Assembly (NCBI GenBank): GCA_963664875.1
Contig: OY761611.1
Location: 3,424,001 to 3,488,000 of the forward strand
Reading direction: 5' to 3'
DNA from: Candidatus Kapaibacterium sp.
GTDB taxonomy: Bacteria; Bacteroidota; Ignavibacteria; Kapaibacteriales; UBA2268
Length of the DNA: 64,000 bases
Of the stretch, positions 29,007 to 37,008 are shown piece after piece; positions within the stretch are counted from its first letter, which is position 1, and each line of letters begins with the position of its first letter. The notes under the pieces were generated by a model. The model was not told the DNA's origin and searched no databases. It saw only the letters and a list, made by a program, of their open reading frames with translations. The translations under genes were made by a program, and so were the position numbers.

Positions 29007-29534
29007 CCGAAGTATATATTCACATTGTTTTCAGTACAAAAGACAGAGCACAAATAATAAAAAATGATTTAAGTGCCAGATTGCATTCCTACCTGGGAGG
29101 AATTTGCAATGGATTAAATTGTACCCCTCTCTCAATTGGAGGTTATGAGGATCATATTCATATACTTTGTGTTTTATCAAAAAAGACTAGCATTGTTGAA
29201 CTTGTTGAAAATCTCAAAAAACAATCTTCACGATGGATAAAAGAGCAGGACGCAAAATATTCATCTTTTTATTGGCAGGCCGGATATGGAGTATTCTCAG
29301 TAAATAAATCTCAAATATCTGATATTCGAAACTATATCGAAAATCAAGTCGAACATCACAAACGTGTAGATTTCAAACAGGAATACAAAGCCATCTTAGA
29401 CAAATTAGGAGTAAAATATGATGAAAGATATTTGTGGATATGACCATCTTGCCGCCCTTTCAGGGCTCTGGTAGTTTGGTTTGGGGTGTCCCGGGGCGAT
29501 GCCCCGGGCTAAGATCTCTCAGCCTTTCAGGCTG
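28895..29534 (+). mobile_element. tnpA element bounded by inverted palindrome clusters
   Basis: Left AGGCTGAAAGCCT...TTAGCCCATGG...AGAGCCCTGAAAGGGCGG; right CCGCCCTTTCAGGGCTCT...CCCGGGGCGATGCCCCGGGCTAA...AGCCTTTCAGGCT. Confidence 0.8.
28991..29443 (+). CDS. tnpA: IS200/IS605-family Y1 (HUH) transposase, REP-flanked
   Basis: HIVFSTKDR, GGYEDHIHIL (HUH), LK..SS.W, FYWQAGYGVFSV, YIENQ.EHH (catalytic Tyr). Confidence 0.93.
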   Translation: MAHSLAEVYIHIVFSTKDRAQIIKNDLSARLHSYLGGICNGLNCTPLSIGGYEDHIHILCVLSKKTSIVELVENLKKQSSRWIKEQDAKYSSFYWQAGYGVFSVNKSQISDIRNYIENQVEHHKRVDFKQEYKAILDKLGVKYDERYLWI

Positions 29535-29567
29535 TATATTTAATTGAAATTTTGGACTTTACAGTCC

Positions 29568-29742
29568 CTCAGTGACCTTAGATCACACGTAGTAAACCTG
29601 CCCAGCCCGTAATCTACTTTGCGCACGCCGTGGTCGCCCAGTTCGCTTTCTCTGTCAAGTTCCTTGCCGAGGTAGGCTGTGCGCTGGTCGTCGTTACCAC
29701 TTATGGCAGGAGCAAGCTTTCCAAATGGAAGATAATCAAAAA
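29568..29742 (-). repeat. Rhs core remnant 6 (longest upstream part; truncated inside the insert; no toxin)
   Basis: Reverse complement translates FDYLPFGKLAPAISGNDDQRTAYLGKELDRESELGDHGVRKVDYGLGRFTTCD, followed by CTAAGGTCACTGAG. Confidence 0.9.
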
Positions 29743-29816
29743 TTATTTTTTAAGAAAGACTCAAGCCTGAAAAAGTGTAAGTCTTTCTATGAGTTATACT
29801 AGTACAGGGAATATTA

Positions 29817-30233
29817 TTAATTTCCTAGGCTTAAAATATAATTTCTTTGCTTTTTAGGCAAAAAATTAGCGATAAACATTAATAATATGTTTTGATTTTT
29901 AACTACTCTGTAATTACCACATTGAATTTCACCATTCTCAAACACTTTCACAGTTGCAAAGCTACTATCAATATCATCCAGATCGTCATATAGTAATATA
30001 GTTAAAAGAATTTTACTGTGAATTGTTCCAGCATAAAGTTCATAGTTTGTAGAATCTTTAAGATAAATATTCAAACCATTAATAGATGCACTTGATCGAT
30101 CATAGATGCTATCTAGTGCTAAATCCATATTTACTTTTATACCTACAAAACTTATATTCTCAATATTCTGAGATTTTGCCAAATAGATAGATACCGACGA
30201 TAGTAAACAAAAATATACAAATATATATTTCAT
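29817..30233 (-). CDS. Putative secreted immunity-type protein
   Basis: Signal peptide; abuts the upstream toxin-immunity ORF; AT-rich. Confidence 0.55.
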   Translation of the reverse strand: MKYIFVYFCLLSSVSIYLAKSQNIENISFVGIKVNMDLALDSIYDRSSASINGLNIYLKDSTNYELYAGTIHSKILLTILLYDDLDDIDSSFATVKVFENGEIQCGNYRVVKNQNILLMFIANFLPKKQRNYILSLGN

Positions 30234-31418
30234 TTATTTCATCTCCTCTAATAGATATGCATCTATCATGAAATAGTAGCAAGGAAGCATGTCAAATAAT
30301 GTGTTTTTTGAATCTTTTGGAATCGAGTAATATTTAGATCTGTATAAACAATAATCTAAAGTCACATTAAAACCAAATGTATCTCTTTGATGTTCAAATT
30401 CTTTAATAAAAACATGTTGGATAGTATAAAGCGGAGGCATTTGTTTAACTATATTTTTTTCAACAATAATAGAGTCTGTAATTTGAGTGAAACAAGAATA
30501 TATATCAATTCCTTTATACAATAGATAATTATCATAATGCAATTGACATATCTCTTCATTACTATGAATATACAAGCCCACTCCACTGTCAAAAGTATAA
30601 ATATGTATTTTATATCTATCACAATTAGCATGTCCAACTAATACTGAAAGAATAGCAAAAAGTAATAATGTTGATATTTTCTTATCCATTCGTTTTTTCC
30701 TTTTTTTTTTGGGTACTTCTGTTGGAGAAGAAACATTTTTAGGTTTACCTTTGTGATCTTCTCTGCTTGATTCATCTGGGATAGCATCGCATGCTCTTTT
30801 CTCAGGTCCAGCAATAACTCTTTCTTCTTCATCATTGTCGTACTGTGGATTATAAGTTTTTATGGTTTTGATATATTCAAGTATAATATCATTGACAGAT
30901 TGTTTGAATTCCTTACTTGGAGGGAATCCATTGTTCTGCCAAAACTCCATATCGGATATATTTAATTGTTCAAAAGCATCGAAAATTGGAACAGCATGCA
31001 TTATTTCATGATATAAATTCATAGCAGGAGATTGCCCACTACCGTTTTCAAAAATAAGTCCTAATAAAGGAGACCACTCAACACGAAAAGCATTATTGCC
31101 AGTTCTAAATCTTTGTATATGAGAAGAATGTATGTCAATATCAAGTCTAACATGTGAATTATACATATCAATTAACTTAATTGCATCATCTTCTGGTAGA
31201 TTATCAATGAGATAATCTAAAGCCTAATTGAAATACATTTTATCCTGTTCAGTAGCATTAACTAATCTAAACTCTTTCCCATCATAATCAGCCAAACTCA
31301 CCGGATTGTTCATACTATACTGGTACGGAGACCATGCATAATATTTTTCCCACAGAGGGTCACACGTAGTAAACCTGCCTAGCTCGTAGTCCACTTTGCG
31401 GACGCCGTGGTCTCCCAT
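30234..31418 (-). pseudogene. Rhs core remnant 7 plus HEXXH toxin (single in-frame TAG at 31224-31226), fused in frame to a signal-peptide immunity protein starting at 30689
   Basis: ORF 31224-31418 reads on past TAG (ALDYLIDNLPEDDAIKLID) into ORF 30234-31166; LYHEIMHA, EEERVI.GPE; second half starts MDKKISTLLLFAILSVLVGHANC. Confidence 0.75.
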
Positions 31419-31485
31419 AGGGTTATAAGCATATCTCCATTCTATTCGGGCTTGGTCGTTGATATCTAACTAAAAAAGTGTCTTT

Positions 31486-32724
31486 TTATTCGTACAATAG
31501 ATATTTTTTACGCTTTTCTTTGAATTCCTTAACATCTTTATCAATAAACGCTTTGAAATCAAAAGAGGGATTATCCAAAATTGCGGCAATAATCTTTGCT
31601 GTTCCGGTTACCTTTTTGAACATAGGGATTTTGCTCTTTATTTCGGAATATTTGAAAAGATCGGGACTCTTCTTGCGTAGTTTGAAAAGCAGTTCGACAA
31701 CCGCTGTAAAAGGTTTGAAATCGCCCTCTCGCTCGAAAAAAATGATATACCCGAGGCAGGGTTTGCTCAGACCGGAATACATCCCGAAAAGAGGAGAAAA
31801 TTCGACAGGCTCTGCCCTAATAATCGAATTGGAGGGTTGCTCATCTAAAATACCTACACAATTAAGATAAGGATCGCCCAAGTAGCCAAAAGGCCTGTTG
31901 GTACCAATACCAATGCTTACTATACCCAGCTCGCCAAGCACTCCAAGGTATGCAAGCCCCTTAGCAGCATCAACGGTAGGAACAAATGGAGAGGTGGGGA
32001 ACCAGTGCAATCCTGTATCTTCCCAGTAATAACTTCTCTTCCAGTTTTCCATTTTCATAACGCTCATATCACAAAATAGGGGAGAGCCATCAGCTTTTTT
32101 GCCAAGCCAGCCCTCACTGTTAATCATATAAGCCATTTCGCCTATAGTCATACCATGGATATAGGGCACAGGCACGATACTGACAAACGAAGAAAACGCA
32201 TCTTCTACGATATTGCCATCGACATTTTTACCATTGAGAGGATTGGGTCTATCTAAAACAATCATTTGTTTGGAATGCTCCGCACAAGCCTGCATCACAT
32301 AAAACAAAGTGGAGATATAGGTATAAGAGCGAACACCGACATCTTGCATATCAACAAGTAAAATATCGCACTTATCTAATATTTCCTTAGTAGGTTTTTT
32401 GAGTTTTCCGTAAAGAGATACCACCGGAGTATTAAATAGCTTTTCGTTGGACACATCTTTTCCGGCAGCTACAGAGGTATAAAAGCCGTGTTCGGGAGCA
32501 AAAATTACTGAAAGATTGAGTTCGGGATGCGAAGCCAAAATTTCAGCGGTAAGTTTTCCCTTTGAGTTCCTTCCGGAATTATTAGAAAGTAGCCCGATTC
32601 TTTTTCCCTTAAGCATGGAGGTATGATATTTAAGCAAAACATCAATACCGGGAAGAGTGTTTTGAGCAACAGAGTCGATATTGCAACATAAAATAACGAT
32701 TAGTAATGCAAGTAGATGTCTCAT
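31486..32724 (-). CDS. namZ: Exo-beta-N-acetylmuramidase NamZ family (DUF1343)
   Basis: PGIDVL, FAPEHG, SLYG, DMQDVGVRSYTYISTL, LDRPNP, HGMTIGE, W.PTSP. Confidence 0.9.
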   Translation of the reverse strand: MRHLLALLIVILCCNIDSVAQNTLPGIDVLLKYHTSMLKGKRIGLLSNNSGRNSKGKLTAEILASHPELNLSVIFAPEHGFYTSVAAGKDVSNEKLFNTPVVSLYGKLKKPTKEILDKCDILLVDMQDVGVRSYTYISTLFYVMQACAEHSKQMIVLDRPNPLNGKNVDGNIVEDAFSSFVSIVPVPYIHGMTIGEMAYMINSEGWLGKKADGSPLFCDMSVMKMENWKRSYYWEDTGLHWFPTSPFVPTVDAAKGLAYLGVLGELGIVSIGIGTNRPFGYLGDPYLNCVGILDEQPSNSIIRAEPVEFSPLFGMYSGLSKPCLGYIIFFEREGDFKPFTAVVELLFKLRKKSPDLFKYSEIKSKIPMFKKVTGTAKIIAAILDNPSFDFKAFIDKDVKEFKEKRKKYLLYE

Positions 32725-33885
32725 TTATTTCTTTTTCAAAAGATTTTTGATAAATTTAATTTGTTGTTTTGCCTTATCGTGCGAATCAAGATAGTCATCA
32801 AGTTCGAGCACTTCCTCATAGGTTTTTATAGATTCTTTCAGCTTTTTTTGTGCAAGCTGTATTTCCGCAATGTGCATATAAGCCTTGACCGCAAATCCTG
32901 AATCTTCTTCATCTAAGAAGTTAGAGCCTTCGATTGTCTTTCTGAGATATTTTTCTGCAGTAACGTAATCGTTGCTGCGTTTGAGCGAATAACCAACATA
33001 ATAGAATGCTTCTCTTGCTGTCCTATTGTCATATCCTTCAACTTTAGCAATACATTTTTTTGCAATATCTCTCCATTCTTTTTCGAACTCGTCCCACTCG
33101 CCAAGTCTAACGAGAGCACGCGCATAGAATCTATGGAAAAAAGCATTCCTTGGATATCTTTCATGTAATGATTTCGAAGTAACTTTAGCTAACTGCCAAT
33201 CTTCTTCGAACTGATGATAAATTTGCATTAGAATTACTTCCGCTTCGAGCTTAGTGTAGCGAGCATGCAAAGAAGAAGCGCGCAATTGTAACAGCCCGAG
33301 CCTTTTATCTCCACTAGGGAAAAAAAGCAAAGCAGGTTTCAAATAAGGATATTTCTCGGGTATAGCTGCTGCAAAGTAATTGTAAATCCCGGTTCCCAGC
33401 ATAATATCATAATTATTAGGAGCTTTTTCAATGCAGGCAATCAGAAGATTGTAAGCATCTCTGCCATCGGCAGCCGCTTTCAGCCATTCTTTTTCTTGGG
33501 TATAATATTGTGCTCTATAGCCAACAGCACCGCCTTTGAAAAAGAGCGCACGAATATCGGTGGGGTTTTCATCTAATAATTTATCGCAGACTGAAACTAC
33601 TTTGTCAATTTTTTCTAAAAATATTGGGTCGTAGTATTTAGTGCCTCGGTTCAGTTTAAGTTTCCACCAATACACAAGAGATTCAAGGAAATAGCCAGCA
33701 GGGTGTTCCGGGTAAAGCTCAACTACTTTACTAAAAGCAACTTCAGCACTATCAAATTCAACATTATATATATAATCTAATCCCTTAAGCACAAGGCTGT
33801 CAGCGTCCTTTTTGAGTAAAGCCCACTGCGCCTGGGTAAGCGTGGGGATTAACATCAAAAAGAGTATTATCGTGATTTTTTTCAT
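32725..33885 (-). CDS. Secreted tetratricopeptide repeat protein
   Basis: Signal peptide; helical TPR-like repeats (YPEHPAGYF, YPRNAFF). Confidence 0.75.
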   Translation of the reverse strand: MKKITIILFLMLIPTLTQAQWALLKKDADSLVLKGLDYIYNVEFDSAEVAFSKVVELYPEHPAGYFLESLVYWWKLKLNRGTKYYDPIFLEKIDKVVSVCDKLLDENPTDIRALFFKGGAVGYRAQYYTQEKEWLKAAADGRDAYNLLIACIEKAPNNYDIMLGTGIYNYFAAAIPEKYPYLKPALLFFPSGDKRLGLLQLRASSLHARYTKLEAEVILMQIYHQFEEDWQLAKVTSKSLHERYPRNAFFHRFYARALVRLGEWDEFEKEWRDIAKKCIAKVEGYDNRTAREAFYYVGYSLKRSNDYVTAEKYLRKTIEGSNFLDEEDSGFAVKAYMHIAEIQLAQKKLKESIKTYEEVLELDDYLDSHDKAKQQIKFIKNLLKKK

Positions 33886-34002
33886 ATCAAAAGTTTGGAG
33901 TTAATTACTAAGTTTAAGTACCGCAATATAGTAAAAGATAAATGACATTGTTTCGGTTTATTATTACAATTCTAACCAGGAATAGCTAAGCATTTATTGT
34001 TT

Positions 34003-34890
34003 CTATTTTGACAATATATTTTCTACATAACTAATATCAAATCCAAGTATTTCTGCAATTTGAGTTTTCGAAAAACCGGAATTGTGAAGTTTATTTATGG
34101 TATTGATGTTGGCTTCTTTTCTACCTTCTTCAATTCCCTCAACAAAACCTTCCTCATAACCTTCATCATGAGCGGTATCGAGAGAATTTTTCAAATCACG
34201 ATAATGTTTCAAACTTTCTTCGTATGATTTGGCTTGTTCAGGAGTAAATCGAGCAATTTCAGCTGTTTCAAATAGCTTAAGGAATATTTTCTCTCTGAGT
34301 TTCTCCGGAATATTGTCCAATCTGGTCATGTTTTTCAAAACATAAAGCCATTTATCAAAGCGAGTTTCTAACTCATCTACTGACTTATTGAATTTAGGCA
34401 TTTCTAAATATATAAATGTCAATTTATCGTAGAAAACTTTATGTGTTTCTATGTCAGATAACTTCACATCGTATCTGAATTTATCAGGTTGGTCTTTGTC
34501 TTCATCAAAAACAAAATCTAAAATTGCAATCGTGTAAACCGCCTTTAGTTCAAAATTCCAATCATTCCTTTTTGCCTGCTCGGTGATAGGGAAGGTGGAA
34601 TAGTAAACAGTTCTGTCTTTAAAGAAATTCTGCTTTGTTTTTTGGAGCTCTACTATAAACTTTTCACCTTTTTCATTTTCGCAGTAAAGATCAAAAATAG
34701 CTTTTCTGTCCATATCCGTCGAACCAAGATGCTCATTTTTTAAATAAGTGAGTTCCTTGATTTCTCCCTGCTCTTCACGCAAAAGTTCGCTAAGGAAGTC
34801 TTTAAGCAAATCCTTATTAGGCTCTTCACCGAAAAGCTTTTTGAAACCATAATCCGTAAACGGGTTTATATATTTTTCTGTTAGGTACAT
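34003..34890 (-). CDS. Rpn family PD-(D/E)XK nuclease (last copy, most divergent tail)
   Basis: YINPFTDYGFKKLFG, AIFDLYC, FIVELQ, FFKDRTVYY, YLEMPKF, DKWLY. Confidence 0.92.
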   Translation of the reverse strand: MYLTEKYINPFTDYGFKKLFGEEPNKDLLKDFLSELLREEQGEIKELTYLKNEHLGSTDMDRKAIFDLYCENEKGEKFIVELQKTKQNFFKDRTVYYSTFPITEQAKRNDWNFELKAVYTIAILDFVFDEDKDQPDKFRYDVKLSDIETHKVFYDKLTFIYLEMPKFNKSVDELETRFDKWLYVLKNMTRLDNIPEKLREKIFLKLFETAEIARFTPEQAKSYEESLKHYRDLKNSLDTAHDEGYEEGFVEGIEEGRKEANINTINKLHNSGFSKTQIAEILGFDISYVENILSK

Positions 34891-34894
34891 ATTA

Positions 34895-35788
34895 CTACTT
34901 CGCTTTAGATAAAATAATTCGAACAATTTCAAAATCAATTTTAGTGAGCTTAGCTATGTCCTCGATATCCATACCTGAATTATGCAAATTTATTATTATT
35001 TCTTTTCTACCTTCTTCAATTCCTAACTTAATGCCTTCCTCGATTCCTTCCTCATATCCTTCTTCGTGTGCTGTATCGAGAGAATTTTTCAAATCACGGT
35101 AATGCTTCAAGCTTTCTTCGTAGGATTTGGCTTGTTCCGGAGTAAATCGAGCAATCTCTGCTGTTTCAAATAGCTTGAGGAATATTTTTTCTCTGAGTTT
35201 TTCGGGTATATTGTCCAATCTGGTCATATTTTTCAAAACATAAAGCCATTTATCAAAGCGAGTTTCTAACTCATCAACTGATTTATTGAACTTAGGCATC
35301 TCTAAATATATAAATGTTAATTTATCGTAGAAAACTTTATGCGTTTCTATATCTGATAACTTCACATCGTATCTAAATTTATCAGGTTGGTCTTTGTCTT
35401 CATCAAAAACAAAATCTAAAATTGCAATCGTGTAAACCGCCTTAAGTTCAAAATTCCAATCGTTTCTTTTTGCCTGCTCGGTGATAGGGAAGGTGGAGTA
35501 GTAAACAGTTCTGTCTTTAAAAAAATTCTGCTTTGTTTTTTGGAGCTCTACTATAAACTTTTCACCTTTTTCATTTTCACAGTAAAGATCAAAAATAGCT
35601 TTTCTGTCCATATCAGTCGAACCAAGATGCTCATTTTTCAAATAAGTGAGTTCCTTGATTTCTCCCTGCTCTTCACGCAAAAGCTCGCTAAGAAAATCTT
35701 TAAGCAAATCCTTATTAGGCTCTTCGCCAAATAGCTTTTTGAAACCATAATCCGTAAACGGGTTTATATATTTTTCTGTTAAGTACAT
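34895..35788 (-). CDS. Rpn family PD-(D/E)XK nuclease
   Basis: Same core; starts MYLTEK at 35788. Confidence 0.92.
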   Translation of the reverse strand: MYLTEKYINPFTDYGFKKLFGEEPNKDLLKDFLSELLREEQGEIKELTYLKNEHLGSTDMDRKAIFDLYCENEKGEKFIVELQKTKQNFFKDRTVYYSTFPITEQAKRNDWNFELKAVYTIAILDFVFDEDKDQPDKFRYDVKLSDIETHKVFYDKLTFIYLEMPKFNKSVDELETRFDKWLYVLKNMTRLDNIPEKLREKIFLKLFETAEIARFTPEQAKSYEESLKHYRDLKNSLDTAHEEGYEEGIEEGIKLGIEEGRKEIIINLHNSGMDIEDIAKLTKIDFEIVRIILSKAK

Positions 35789-35792
35789 ATTA

Positions 35793-36674
35793 CTACTTCG
35801 CATTAGATAATATATTTTGAACAGTTTCGATATCAATTTTAGTGAGCTTAGCTATGTCCTCGATATCCATACCTGAATTATGCAAATTTATTATTATTTC
35901 TTTTCTACCTTCTTCAATTCCCTCAACAAAACCTTCCTCATATCCTTCATCATGAGCGGTATCGAGAGAATTTTTCAAATCACGATAATGTTTCAAACTT
36001 TCTTCGTAGGATTTGGCTTGTTCCGGAGTAAATCGAGCAATCTCAGCTGTTTCAAATAGCTTAAGGAATATTTTCTCTCTGAGTTTTTCGGGTATATTGT
36101 CCAATCTGGTCATATTTTTCAAAACATAAAGCCATTTATCAAAGCGAGTTTCTAACTCATCAACTGATTTATTGAACTTAGGCATCTCTAAATATATAAA
36201 TGTTAATTTATCGTAGAAAACTTTATGCGTTTCTATATCTGATAACTTCACATCGTATCTAAATTTATCAGGTTGGTCTTTGTCTTCATCAAAAACAAAA
36301 TCTAAAATTGCAATCGTGTAAACCGCCTTTAGTTCAAAATTCCAATCATTCTTTTTTGCCTGCTCGGTGATAGGGAATGTGGAATAGTAAACTGTTCTGT
36401 CTTTAAAGAAATTCTGCTTTGTTTTTTGAAGCTCGACAATAAACTTTTCACCTTTTTCATTTTCACAGTAAAGATCAAAAATAGCTTTTCTGTCCATATC
36501 AGTCGAACCAAGATGCTCATTTTTCAAATAAGTGAGTTCCTTGATTTCACCCTGCTCTTCACGCAAAAGCTCGCTAAGGAAGTCTTTCAGCAAATCCTTA
36601 TTAGGCTCTTCACCGAAAAGCTTTTTGAAACCATAATCCGTAAACGGGTTTATATATTTTTCTGTTAGGTACAT
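35793..36674 (-). CDS. Rpn family PD-(D/E)XK nuclease
   Basis: Same core; starts MYLTEK at 36674. Confidence 0.92.
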   Translation of the reverse strand: MYLTEKYINPFTDYGFKKLFGEEPNKDLLKDFLSELLREEQGEIKELTYLKNEHLGSTDMDRKAIFDLYCENEKGEKFIVELQKTKQNFFKDRTVYYSTFPITEQAKKNDWNFELKAVYTIAILDFVFDEDKDQPDKFRYDVKLSDIETHKVFYDKLTFIYLEMPKFNKSVDELETRFDKWLYVLKNMTRLDNIPEKLREKIFLKLFETAEIARFTPEQAKSYEESLKHYRDLKNSLDTAHDEGYEEGFVEGIEEGRKEIIINLHNSGMDIEDIAKLTKIDIETVQNILSNAK

Positions 36675-36678
36675 ATTA

Positions 36679-37005
36679 CTACTTCGCATTAGATAATATA
36701 TTTTGAACAGTTTCGATATCAATTTTAGTGAGCTTAGCTATGTCCTCGATATCCATACCTGAATTATGCAAATTTATTATTATTTCTTTTCTACCTTCTT
36801 CAATTCCCTCTTTTCTTCCCTCTTCAATTCCCTCTTTTCTACCTTCTTCAATTCCCTCAACAAATCCCTCTTCATATCCTTCCTCATGTGCGGTATCGAG
36901 AGAATTTTTTAGATCACGGTAATGCTTCAAGCTCTCTTCGCTGGATTTGGCCTGTTCAGGAGTAAATCGAGCAATTTCAGCTGTTTCTTTTTCTGTTAGA
37001 TACAT
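36679..37005 (-). CDS. Internally deleted Rpn: MYLTEK joined in frame to the C-terminal tail only
   Basis: MYLTEK|ETAEIARF...; lacks the nuclease domain. Confidence 0.8.
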   Translation of the reverse strand: MYLTEKETAEIARFTPEQAKSSEESLKHYRDLKNSLDTAHEEGYEEGFVEGIEEGRKEGIEEGRKEGIEEGRKEIIINLHNSGMDIEDIAKLTKIDIETVQNILSNAK

Positions 37006-37008
37006 TTA

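Noticed and set aside
28991-29560. IS605-type TnpB/omegaRNA system
   Set aside because: No tnpB or iscB ORF lies beside tnpA.
31224-31226. Amber recoding (alternative genetic code)
   Set aside because: TAG is a normal stop in intact genes here (Fe-S oxidoreductase, Rpn copies), so a nonsense mutation is the simpler reading.
34890-36722. N-terminal extensions of Rpn ORFs given in the track
   Set aside because: They overlap the preceding copy's tail; all copies start at MYLTEK like the first.
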